From: Cenarchaeum sp.
GTDB taxonomy: Archaea; Thermoproteota; Nitrososphaeria; Nitrososphaerales; Nitrosopumilaceae
Length of the DNA: 64,000 bases
Direction of reading: 5' to 3'
NCBI GenBank assembly: GCA_965242695.1
Contig: CBDESU010000002.1
Location: 1,600,001-1,664,000 of the forward strand
In this document: in pieces, positions 18,745-27,640 of the stretch
Layout: the number at the start of each line of letters is the position of its first letter
Position numbering within the stretch: the first letter of the stretch is position 1
Notes under the pieces: model-generated
What the model was told of the DNA's origin: nothing
Seen by the model: only the letters and a program-made list of their open reading frames with translations
Databases searched by the model: none
Made by a program: the position numbers and the translations under genes

Positions 18745-19330
18745 ACTCGGCGAGCACGTCCGGGTGCGACCGCAGGTAGGTCGTGAACTTGCGCAGCTGC
18801 CTCGTCGTCTTCTCGTCGAGGTGGTGCTCGATGCCCTCGGCGTCGCGGTCGGCCGCGTCGCGCGCCACGCCGAGCACCTCCAAAAACTCGAGGAGTATGC
18901 CGTGCTTTTGGCGGACCGCCTCGGCCAGGCGCGCGCCGGCCGCGGTGAGGCGTATGCCGTGGTACTTTTCGTACTCTAGGTGGCCGTTCTCGTCGAGGCG
19001 CTGCAGCATCCTCGTGACGCTCGGCGCGCTCACCCCCATATGCCTCGATATGTCCAGGGTCGTCGCGTACCCCTTGAGCTCGACGAGCTCGGCGATGACC
19101 TCTAGGTAGTCCTCGGTGCGCGTCGTCGGCTTTCTGCTCTCGGACTCGTGGACGGCCCTGATGGACTCTAGGCGCGAGCCGCCGCCGCTGTCTCCGCCGC
19201 CGTCGGAGCCGCGCCGCGCCCTGCCGCGGCCTCTGCCCGCCCCGGGCTCTCCAGCCGCGGTCCTGGCGTCCCCGGGGCCGCCCCCGCGCCCCTGCCGACC
19301 CCTCGGCCCGCCCCGAGCGCCCGCTCCCAT
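18731..19330 (-). CDS. DtxR/MntR-family metal-dependent transcriptional regulator
   Basis: EDYLEVI...VSAPSVTRML...YEKYHGIRLT...AEGIEHH; start inferred from TATA near 19353. Confidence 0.9.
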   Translation of the reverse strand: MGAGARGGPRGRQGRGGGPGDARTAAGEPGAGRGRGRARRGSDGGGDSGGGSRLESIRAVHESESRKPTTRTEDYLEVIAELVELKGYATTLDISRHMGVSAPSVTRMLQRLDENGHLEYEKYHGIRLTAAGARLAEAVRQKHGILLEFLEVLGVARDAADRDAEGIEHHLDEKTTRQLRKFTTYLRSHPDVLAEFRRL

Positions 19331-19465
19331 GCCGACGGGGCCGGCGAAGGGGTATAATTTGCTGCCCCCGCGGCCGTCCCCCGCGCCCCTTGTCAAGGGC
19401 GCTGGACGCGCAGGCCAAAAGATCCTGACAAGCGCCCTCTACCCCATGCGCGGCGGAATGGGGGC

Positions 19466-19825
19466 ATGCCAGACGAGATGAGGGAGCGCCTGGACGCGAT
19501 GCGCGCCTACTCGGAGTCGCTGCGCCGGCGCGCCGGCCTGTACAGGGAGATGGCCGAGATGGGCGGCGAGGGGACGGCCCGCTCGCTCGGCGCGCTGCAG
19601 CGCGCGCCCGCCCCGGGTCGCAAGCTGCAAAAGATCGGCTTCATCATGCTCTGGATACCCGAGCCGACGGGGGCGACGATAGCGGCCGGTGCGCCGATGA
19701 TCCTGGCCGGCCGCTACCTGGACAAGAGGTACAACGGGGCCACCATAAAGGACATCGGGGAGCAGGCGCGGAGCGCCGGCGCCGAGATGTCCAGCTTTAG
19801 GGACACGGCGATGCGGCGGCTGTAG
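19466..19825 (+). CDS. Hypothetical protein with hydrophobic hairpin
   Basis: Coding-like ORF with KLQKIGFIMLWIPEPTG segment. Confidence 0.6.
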   Translation: MPDEMRERLDAMRAYSESLRRRAGLYREMAEMGGEGTARSLGALQRAPAPGRKLQKIGFIMLWIPEPTGATIAAGAPMILAGRYLDKRYNGATIKDIGEQARSAGAEMSSFRDTAMRRL

Positions 19826-19983
19826 GGGCCACCGCCGTCCCTCCCCGTCCGCTTCGGCCAAGGGGGCGCCGGTGCGGGGCCCTGCACGCGCCGCCCGCGT
19901 AGCCGCCGGGGGCCACCGGGCGGGCATCCCGCCCGGGCCGCCCAGAGGCTTGGATATTATACGGCCGGTGCGGCCCCGCCCGC

Positions 19984-20865
19984 ATGGCCACGCGCCTGCA
20001 GGTGCTCGTACCGATCTCGGCGGCCGCGGTGATCGTCGGCGTGGCCGGAATCCTGACGATACCGAGCGACTCGAAGCTAGAGTCGACCGAGTTCCCGCGC
20101 GGCACGGTACTGGTCGACGGCAGCGCGATCGAGGTGCAGGTGGCAAGCACTGCGCCGCAGCGCGCAAGGGGGCTCATGTTCCAGGAAGAGCTGCCGCCGG
20201 GCGAGGGCATGCTGTACATTCACGACGAACCGGGCGAGCATGCAAGGTGGATGCTCAACATGCAGTTTGCCGTCGATGCGGCCTGGTTCGATGCGGACGG
20301 CCGCGCCGTGCACGTCGAGCGGGACGTGCAGCCGTGCAAGTCGGCGCTCGAGCAGGCCACGTGCACGGCCGTCAACCCCGCCGCCGAGGCGCTGTACATA
20401 CTGGAGGTGCCGGCCGGCCGCGCCGCCGAGCTCGGGATCGAAATAGGCTCGCGCCTGGATGTAGTCGAGGATGCGGCGTTCCCGCGCGGGACCGTCAGCG
20501 TCGGCGGGGTCGTAATCGAGGTGCAGGTAGCCGACACGCCCGAGCTGCGCTCGCGCGGCCTCCAGTTCCAGGACGCCCTGCCCTACGACGAGGGCATGCT
20601 GTTCGTCCACGACCGGCAGGGCGCGTACTCTATGTGGATGCCGAACATGAGGTTTGCACTAGACATGATGTGGTTCGACGCCGACGGGCGCGCGGTGCAC
20701 ATCGAGCGCGGCGTGCCGCCGTGCGGTCCCGACGTGTCCTCTACGGGGCGTTGCCCGTCGTACGGGCCGGGCGATGCGGCCCTGTACGTACTGGAGGCGA
20801 CGGCCGGCTTTGCCGACATGCACGGGATCGACGGCTCCTCGCGGCTCGAGATCATCTCTGTATAG
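19984..20865 (+). CDS. Membrane-anchored tandem DUF192 domain protein
   Basis: Two copies of RxRGLxFQ...EGML...WMxNM..A.D..W.D...LE; N-terminal TM/signal. Confidence 0.88.
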   Translation: MATRLQVLVPISAAAVIVGVAGILTIPSDSKLESTEFPRGTVLVDGSAIEVQVASTAPQRARGLMFQEELPPGEGMLYIHDEPGEHARWMLNMQFAVDAAWFDADGRAVHVERDVQPCKSALEQATCTAVNPAAEALYILEVPAGRAAELGIEIGSRLDVVEDAAFPRGTVSVGGVVIEVQVADTPELRSRGLQFQDALPYDEGMLFVHDRQGAYSMWMPNMRFALDMMWFDADGRAVHIERGVPPCGPDVSSTGRCPSYGPGDAALYVLEATAGFADMHGIDGSSRLEIISV

Positions 20866-21102
20866 GCGGCGCCCTGCAGGGGGCGGGGACATGGCGCCGC
20901 GCGCCGGCGATCGCGCCCGCTTGTGATCGGGACCGCGGCCTGCCGGTCCTGCCGGATTTTTCGCACCTGCAGGCCGGCGCGGGCGCGCCAGCAGCGCGGC
21001 GGGCTGAAGCGGTCGGCTCGCATTTGCGGGACGCCCGCGCCTGCGCTCCGTTGCCGGCCCCCTGCGCCTAGAATTTTATAGCGCCCCCGCGGGCGGCCCA
21101 TA

Positions 21103-21176
21103 GGGCCCGTAACTCAGCTTGGTAGAGTAACCGACTCATAATCGGTGAGCCGTGAGATCGAAGCTCGCCGGGCCCA
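21103..21176 (+). tRNA. tRNA with CAU anticodon, most likely tRNA-Ile2 (agmatidine type)
   Basis: Acceptor GGGCCCG/CGGGCCC+A, anticodon arm ACCGA-CTCATAA-TCGGT, T-arm GTGAG-ATCGAAG-CTCGC; GGGCCC acceptor fits archaeal Ile better than Met; TTTTATA upstream. Confidence 0.9.
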
Positions 21177-21233
21177 CCTCCTTCCCCTGCCGCGCCGGGC
21201 GCCGCCGGTGCCGATCTTGGGCGCGCGCCGCCT

Positions 21234-23405
21234 TCAACTCTTGGCCTTGCTGTACTGCAGCGCCCTCAGGACCTCGGTGTAGTCCTCGTCGCTGTACAGC
21301 TCTTTGACCGCGGCCTTTTTGTCGAGCACCCTTGCCGATCCGTCGAGCATCGACACGATCCACCTGGCATCGGCCGGCCCGAGCACCATGGTGACATGGC
21401 CGCACTCTGACTTGTCGATGCCCTCGCGCCATATCGGGAACGCAAAGAAGTCGTAGTCGTTCGCTAGGAGGATGGATGCCCGCTCCTCGGACTCCTTCAT
21501 GGCTATGGCCAGTATCTGCTGGTCCTTGTCCGCCGCCGATCTGAGGTGGCGCAGCAGCTCCTTCAGGTCCTCCTCCCCTCCATCCCCTCCGTGCCTTGCG
21601 ATGGCGCCCCTCGACGTGCGCCTTCCCTTCGTCCCGTCCACCTCTTCCTTCCGGGGCATTCCCATCTTGTCCAGTATGGCGCCGATCCTGGCCCCCTCCG
21701 CATCGCCCGCACGCTCGGGGTCGGCCCACCTGAACTTCCTGTCGATCCACCTGATCGACTCGTCGCTGAGCGGGTCGTCGACAAGCTGCCCCCTGAGGTC
21801 GTCAATGGCCTTTTCGTACCCCTCGTACCCGTATACCGTCTCAAACGCCCTCAGGCTCGCGCCGGCATATTCCTTGGTCCCCTGCCATACGCTGTCGCGC
21901 TCGGGGAGAAGCAGGTCGTCCCTGCGGAGGTCGACGTAGTCTAGCTGCGGCCCGTAAAAGCCGGGGTTTTCCAGCTCGCCTTTGCTTCGCTTCTTGTGGT
22001 TTAGGACCACGCTCGTGTCCAGTACCACGCGCATGCCGCCGCGCGCCGCGCGGCGCGGCGCGGCGGCCGGCGGCTTGGGTGCGCGCCGGGAAGCGGCCGC
22101 ACCCGCGGGAGCGCCGGCCGGCGGCACGGGCACGGCGCCTGCACCGGGAGCCTTCGGCCTGCGCGCCACGGGCCTGCGCGCCACGGGCCTCTTGTCCTCT
22201 ACGGGACGGCTCCCTTTCGAGCCAGACGCCCTCCGCACTGCAACTGCGACGACGACCGCAACGACCGCCGCCACGGCGACGGCCGCCGCCAGCACCATGG
22301 CGGTGTCTAGGCCCGTGCTTGGATATGCTTGCCCACCTGCGGCTTCTTCCCGGGGCGAATGCGCGGCGCTGGACGGTGCGCCCCTTTCCGCCCCTTCAGA
22401 CTCCCGCGGCGCGGCATCCGGCGGCCCGGGCTCGCCGCCGGGCGCGGGGACTGCAGGGCTGGCCGGAGCGGACGCTGCCGGCCCCTCGACCTGTCGCCGA
22501 TCCTCCGATGGTGCGGCCTCGACCTCCCGCTCGGGCGCCTGCATCGCCGCGCCGCCGCCCGCATCGCCAGACTCGACCCAGAACGGGGCGCGCGCAAGCT
22601 GGCCGGCTCCGGTGACGACCGCCGTGTACTCGCCATCGCCGCCCCACCGCCCGCCGGGGGGCATTATGGTCGCCGAGTAGGTGCCCGCGGTGCTGGTCGT
22701 GAGCACCCCCGAGTACACAACGCCGGCCGACGGGCCGGCGACGTCGATGCGCAGGCGCACCCCAGCGCCTGCGCCCTCGGCGGTGCCGTGCACCGTGACG
22801 GCCGCATCGGGCGAGTAGATGGGCCTTGACACGCTCGCCGACAGGCCCAGGATGGAGCCGGACGCATCTGCTGCGCCGGGATCATCCCCGGCAGCCTCTC
22901 CGCGCGCCGGCGCGGCCGCGGCGGGAACCTGCGGGGGGCGCACGACCTCAAAGTACACGGTGCCCAGGGATGCGCCCCCGTGCGATGCCGACACCTTGTA
23001 CCTGCCGGGCCTCGAGTCGGCCCCTGTGGGGAACGGCTTGTCGAGCTGGTACGGGACGGCAAAGTGGCCGCCGCGCGTGGCCAGTGCGGACTGCTCGGAC
23101 CTGGACGAGTCGGGCAGCGTCACGACGACGTCGACCTGCCTGCGCTCGCCGGACTCGGCGAACATCTGGCCGGTTATCCTGACCGTGACGGGAGTGTGCC
23201 TCTCGAGGACATAGATGGTCTCCTCGACGGCTAGCCTGCCGTGCCGGGTCTCGTCGTGCCCCTGGGCCCAGGCCTGGTGCGGCGCCGCGGCGGCCACCAT
23301 TCCGAGTACTGTCGCGAATGCGACGGCGGCGAACAGGGCCGGTAGCAGTGTGTGCATCGGCGCCTGGCGCGGCGCGCCGCGGCCGACTGCGCCGATCCTG
23401 CCCAT
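21234..23405 (-). CDS. Single-pass membrane protein: extracellular Ig-like repeats, TM helix, cytoplasmic PIN-like domain
   Basis: Signal-like LLPALFAAVAFATVLG; two beta-rich domains; TM MVLAAAVAVAAVVAVVVAVAV; RVVLDTSVV...DQQILAIA...LLANDYDF. Confidence 0.65.
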   Translation of the reverse strand: MGRIGAVGRGAPRQAPMHTLLPALFAAVAFATVLGMVAAAAPHQAWAQGHDETRHGRLAVEETIYVLERHTPVTVRITGQMFAESGERRQVDVVVTLPDSSRSEQSALATRGGHFAVPYQLDKPFPTGADSRPGRYKVSASHGGASLGTVYFEVVRPPQVPAAAAPARGEAAGDDPGAADASGSILGLSASVSRPIYSPDAAVTVHGTAEGAGAGVRLRIDVAGPSAGVVYSGVLTTSTAGTYSATIMPPGGRWGGDGEYTAVVTGAGQLARAPFWVESGDAGGGAAMQAPEREVEAAPSEDRRQVEGPAASAPASPAVPAPGGEPGPPDAAPRESEGAERGAPSSAAHSPREEAAGGQAYPSTGLDTAMVLAAAVAVAAVVAVVVAVAVRRASGSKGSRPVEDKRPVARRPVARRPKAPGAGAVPVPPAGAPAGAAASRRAPKPPAAAPRRAARGGMRVVLDTSVVLNHKKRSKGELENPGFYGPQLDYVDLRRDDLLLPERDSVWQGTKEYAGASLRAFETVYGYEGYEKAIDDLRGQLVDDPLSDESIRWIDRKFRWADPERAGDAEGARIGAILDKMGMPRKEEVDGTKGRRTSRGAIARHGGDGGEEDLKELLRHLRSAADKDQQILAIAMKESEERASILLANDYDFFAFPIWREGIDKSECGHVTMVLGPADARWIVSMLDGSARVLDKKAAVKELYSDEDYTEVLRALQYSKAKS

Positions 23406-23454
23406 CGGCGGGCCCCGCCGAGGCGGCTAAAAACCTTGCCGGCCGCACTCGCAC

Positions 23455-23474
23455 GGGGGGGGGGGGGGGGGGGG
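23455..23474 (+). repeat. Poly-G tract (20 G)
   Basis: Direct count. Confidence 0.9.
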
Positions 23475-24069
23475 CGCAGCCATGGGCAGGCGCTGCGAGA
23501 TCTCCACCGCGTATCTTGCAGGACGGCGGATGCGCCTGCGTGGCGCGGCCGCGGACCGTCGGGATGGGCGTCCCGCCGGTGCGGGCGCACCCGCAGCATC
23601 CATCGACCCTGCGCCCCCCGCGGCCTGGGACGGGCCCTTCCTGGATGCTGCGCCGCCGACGGTTTAAAGGCGCCTGCGGTGCGGCCCGCCCGCGGCGCGA
23701 TGAAGAATCAGAGTTATGCCTGACGCAATGATGAAAAGGCATTTGACCGAGCTGCCGCAACCGCCGCCCCGATGCGCCCGCAACCGCCGTACGGCGCGGC
23801 CCGGGCGGGCTCGCGCAACGGCGGAGACTGCGCGCGGCCGCTGCAGCCGGGGAGTGCGCCGGATGCATGCGCCCGCATCTGCGACTTCCTACGGCCGAGG
23901 GCCCGCCGAACGCAACGGGCCGAAGAGGCGGGGCCAGGCTGCGCGCGCCGCACCGGGCGCGGCGGCTGAGCTCTTCCGCGGGCCTGGGCCTGGATGCCAG
24001 CATGCGCATGCGCGACTTTCTCACGCCTACGCGAAGGGTATATGGCCAACCGGTATGCGGCACTTCTTG

Positions 24070-24255
24070 ATGATGAGGGAGGTCAAGCCGCTCAGCGACC
24101 GGCAGTGGACCATGGTCATAGAGCAGCTGAGGGAGGGCCCTACACCCGAGATGAGGCGCACCCTCCAGATGGCTAGGGAGCAGGCCAAGTACGTGAAGGA
24201 GATCGATCATGAAGAGGTTGAAAGGCGCCGCAGGCGAGCAGCGGAAGAGTCCTGA
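24070..24255 (+). CDS. Small putative antitoxin (TacA/DUF1778 C-terminal-like)
   Basis: PLSDRQWTMVIEQLREGPTP; overlaps the downstream GNAT gene; paralog at 53921. Confidence 0.55.
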   Translation: MMREVKPLSDRQWTMVIEQLREGPTPEMRRTLQMAREQAKYVKEIDHEEVERRRRRAAEES

Positions 24256-24775
24256 GATTTCTCTGGTGCGCGCCGGCACTGATCCCGACCCAAACTTCGA
24301 TTGCCGAAACCCCGAGTTCAACGACTACTACAGGGTCGCTTCCTATAGTGACATGGAAGAGGGCCTGAACCGAACATGGCGGCATATTGGCGACGAGGGG
24401 GCCGCGCTCGTCCACATCTCGGTCGCGGCGGCGCACCTGCGCCCCGGCCGCGACCCTGCCCTGCGGGGGATGGGCTACGGCAACATCCCCGCACCCCTCG
24501 CCGGCTGCCTTGCCACGGACAAGGGCCACGAGCGGCAGGGGGTGGCCGCCAAGCTTTTGCTGTGGTCAATCGAAGAGGCGATGCGCCTGTCGGAGAGGAT
24601 CGGATGCCGCATCGTCATGCTCAACCCCCTCGACGATCCCGACACCATGCGATTCTATCGCAACCTTGGCTTTAGGTACATGCCAGCTGGCAATGGCGAG
24701 GATGATGTATTCTATATTGATATACAGGACAAGATTAGGGCTGACGCCCGCCCCCTGCCGGCCAATACGGCCTAA
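24209..24775 (+). CDS. GNAT acetyltransferase, TacT/AtaT toxin-like
   Basis: FDCRNPEFNDY, IPA..GCLATDK...QGVA..LL, IGCR...FY..LGF. Confidence 0.8.
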   Translation: MKRLKGAAGEQRKSPEISLVRAGTDPDPNFDCRNPEFNDYYRVASYSDMEEGLNRTWRHIGDEGAALVHISVAAAHLRPGRDPALRGMGYGNIPAPLAGCLATDKGHERQGVAAKLLLWSIEEAMRLSERIGCRIVMLNPLDDPDTMRFYRNLGFRYMPAGNGEDDVFYIDIQDKIRADARPLPANTA

Positions 24776-25169
24776 CCATGATCACCAGCTTTCCGGCGCG
24801 CCTCGACATCCGTGCCTGCCTCTGACCTGTTGTGCGGTTGACCTACGGCGCTTCGCCGGTGCAGGCGTATGAAGTGTGGGCGGGCAAAGAAGGGCATTGG
24901 AAGTTGCCCTGCCGTTCGTAGTCGCAGCCGTAGCCATGCCGGCTTGGCACCTGCATGGAGTCGATCGCACTGACACTGGACGCATCAGCGCCGTGGCGAG
25001 CCGCGCCGGCTCGCCCCCGGGCCACGCCCCGTGCATATTCCGGTCTCTGGCAAACGACGCGCTCGCCTAGGGCGGACAGGGCGAAGTTGACGCTGGAGAC
25101 CTGAATGTCTACGCATGCGGCATCGGACTCCCCCGTTGGGTTTATTTTCAGAGCGGCGCGCCCCCCGCC

Positions 25170-26318
25170 GTGCCCGAGATCTGGCTCAACTACGGCTCGT
25201 CGAACGTCGTAGTCGACGTGAGGGCCGAGAACCTGGGCGAGACGATATCGGGGGGGCCCGCGGGTGCGCTAGAGGGCGAGGCGCTCGAAAAGGAGATCGA
25301 CGGCATGATCGACCTCTCTGCACCCGCCGAGATGGCCGTCCTGCACAGCACGCCGGCCGTCCATGCGCTGCTCAACTCCGTTCTCGGCATGTGCGAGCGC
25401 AGGTCGGTTGCGCCGCCGCGGATCGTCGCCGACCGGTGGGTGGCAGCGCCCCTGCGCGCCGCGCTCGCAGAGGGGGCGCGCGTCGAGTCCGGGGCGGTCC
25501 CGCAGGTCGGCGGGGATGCCGGGGGCGGGGGCCGCGACGGCGGCGGGGGCGGGCAGCCCTCGCGCACGACCTACTTTGTCGCCGAGGCCGAGCTCGACGG
25601 GCTGTTCGGGTACGAGACGGTCGCCACGCGCCTTGCGCGCCGGTTCGGCCGCGACGACGTAATGCTAGCGGCGTACGCAAAGCGGCGCGGCCCGGCGCCC
25701 GCCCCCGGCGAGGACGCGGCAGCGGCCGGCGAGGCGCGGCAGTTTGCCGACCGGTTCGAGGTTCGCGCGCTAGACATAGTGGCCGGGCCGGCGGGGATAT
25801 CGCACGTGAGGGCGGGCCACCCGTCCGAGACGTCGCGCGAGGTGCCGCGCCTGCTAGAGGCGGCCGCCGTGCGCGACGGCGCGGCCGGAAGGCACCGGTC
25901 GCTCATTGCAAGCACGGGCAAGGCGGCAAGCAACGACACGCTTGCGCGCTCGCTGTCGTCGCTGTGGAACTGCCGCGCGGCCGTCCCAAAGGGCGGCCTT
26001 GTCGTCCTGCTCGCCGAGTGCGGGCGCGGGACCGGCGCCGAGGCCGTGCAGCGGTTCGTCGAGGGGCGCCTCGACGTGGCCGACCTGCGCCGGCCGTCCC
26101 GGTACATCGACGGGATGGAGTCGCTGCTGTTCCTGGAGGAGGCGAAGCGGGACATCCAGGTCGGAATAGTCTCGGTCCTGCCGGACCTGTACACGAGGCG
26201 GCTCGGCCTCGTGCCGCTCGCCGGCGCCAGGACCGCACTCGAGTACACCCTGTCGACGATGGGGCAGAGGCACAAGGTGTCGGTCCTGCCGGATGCGGCC
26301 CGCTCGCTGCTGCGGTAG
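25170..26318 (+). CDS. LarA/DUF2088-like protein (divergent)
   Basis: MPEIWLNYG N-terminus, KGGLVVLLAECGRG, VSVLPDA C-terminus. Confidence 0.6.
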   Translation: MPEIWLNYGSSNVVVDVRAENLGETISGGPAGALEGEALEKEIDGMIDLSAPAEMAVLHSTPAVHALLNSVLGMCERRSVAPPRIVADRWVAAPLRAALAEGARVESGAVPQVGGDAGGGGRDGGGGGQPSRTTYFVAEAELDGLFGYETVATRLARRFGRDDVMLAAYAKRRGPAPAPGEDAAAAGEARQFADRFEVRALDIVAGPAGISHVRAGHPSETSREVPRLLEAAAVRDGAAGRHRSLIASTGKAASNDTLARSLSSLWNCRAAVPKGGLVVLLAECGRGTGAEAVQRFVEGRLDVADLRRPSRYIDGMESLLFLEEAKRDIQVGIVSVLPDLYTRRLGLVPLAGARTALEYTLSTMGQRHKVSVLPDAARSLLR

Positions 26319-26320
26319 GC

Positions 26321-27511
26321 CTAGAGGAACGGTATGCTCAGCGACGAGGGCAGCGGCGCGCAGAGGACGGCAAGCCCGACTATCGCGGCGTACGCATACG
26401 CGCGGCTGCGCGGAAGCGGAGATACGTCGTCGAGCGGCCTTGCCGACATGCCGCGCATGCTCAGCGCGAGTATGAGTATGGCCATGAACCAGTAGCCGAG
26501 CACGACAAGGACTCCCATGCTCGCGTACGTGGCGTACCTGTGCCGGTCGTGGCCGAGCAGCGTGCGGGCCATGTGACCGCCGTCGAGCTGCCAGGCGGGC
26601 AGCATGTTGAGGAACGTGACGAGGAACCCGATCCACGCGGCGAACAGGACGGGCGTGAGGAGCACCTCGCTTCCGGGGCCGCCCTTGCCGAACGCGGCGA
26701 GCGCCGCCGTCATGAGCAGCGGCTCGCCCTGCCCCCACTCCTGCAGGGCCGCCCGGCCGTCGGGGCCCGGGGCGGACAGCTCTGGGGGTATGACGGGCGC
26801 CTCGTACGCGCCGTACAGGGCGACCAGCACGGCGACGGCAAGGCCGGCGACGGGCCCCGCGATCGCAATGTCGAAGAGTATTACCCTGTTGACGGTGAGG
26901 CCCCTTGACCGTATGAACGCGCCGAACGTCGGTATGCCGTACACGGGTATGCCGGGTATGAAGAACGGCCAGGACGTCCTGACGCCGTGCCACCTAGAGG
27001 CGGCAAGGTGCCCCGCCTCGTGGACGCCGAGTATGCCGAGCAGCGAGGCGGTGTACACGACGGCCGACCCGAGCGGATCGCCGATGTGCAGCACGGTGTT
27101 TGCGGCGACCGTGCGGTAGTACCCGTCGACCATTACGAACGCGACGACGGCGGCAAACAGCAGGCGCGCCACGAGCGACTCGGACATGCCGAGCCAGCGG
27201 TGGGTCTTCCTGGGCACTACGTACGCCATCACGTACAGGCTGCCGCCGCTCACGGCCGTGCTGCATGCGACGTCCATTCGCTCCAGGCGGCGGGCGAGCG
27301 CGGCAAAGTCGTCCCTAAAGCCGGGGCCGGGCCGGTCGGGCGTGCCGGCGAGCCTGAACTGGATGACGTCGGGGCGCGGCTTTACCTCTTCGACGTCGAG
27401 GGCGGCGGTGACGATCTCTACGACCTCGTCGGCCGACGGGTCGCTCACGGGAGGCGCCCCCTGATGCGGGATCCCTGCGGCGGCGCCGGCCCGCGGGCCT
27501 CTGGCGCCCAT
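26321..27511 (-). CDS. Site-2 protease (peptidase M50)
   Basis: HEAGH zinc motif, IAIAGP, LNMLPAWQLDGGH; multiple TMs; start may be ~27448. Confidence 0.93.
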   Translation of the reverse strand: MGARGPRAGAAAGIPHQGAPPVSDPSADEVVEIVTAALDVEEVKPRPDVIQFRLAGTPDRPGPGFRDDFAALARRLERMDVACSTAVSGGSLYVMAYVVPRKTHRWLGMSESLVARLLFAAVVAFVMVDGYYRTVAANTVLHIGDPLGSAVVYTASLLGILGVHEAGHLAASRWHGVRTSWPFFIPGIPVYGIPTFGAFIRSRGLTVNRVILFDIAIAGPVAGLAVAVLVALYGAYEAPVIPPELSAPGPDGRAALQEWGQGEPLLMTAALAAFGKGGPGSEVLLTPVLFAAWIGFLVTFLNMLPAWQLDGGHMARTLLGHDRHRYATYASMGVLVVLGYWFMAILILALSMRGMSARPLDDVSPLPRSRAYAYAAIVGLAVLCAPLPSSLSIPFL

Positions 27512-27640
27512 GCCGCCGGCCGCCCTCCAGCCCCGCGCACTCCCATGACGGCCGGCCCCAAAGAGGCCCTATTCAAAATGTAGTGGTTTGCGGGGCCGCC
27601 TGCCCGCCCGGGGCGCGGCACGGGAATCGCGCGCCAAGAA

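Noticed and set aside
21103-21176. tRNA-Met call, and pseudogene call from the ATCGAAG T-loop
   Set aside because: The acceptor stem fits Ile2 better; all stems pair, and A at position 54 is, to my recollection, common in thaumarchaeal tRNAs.
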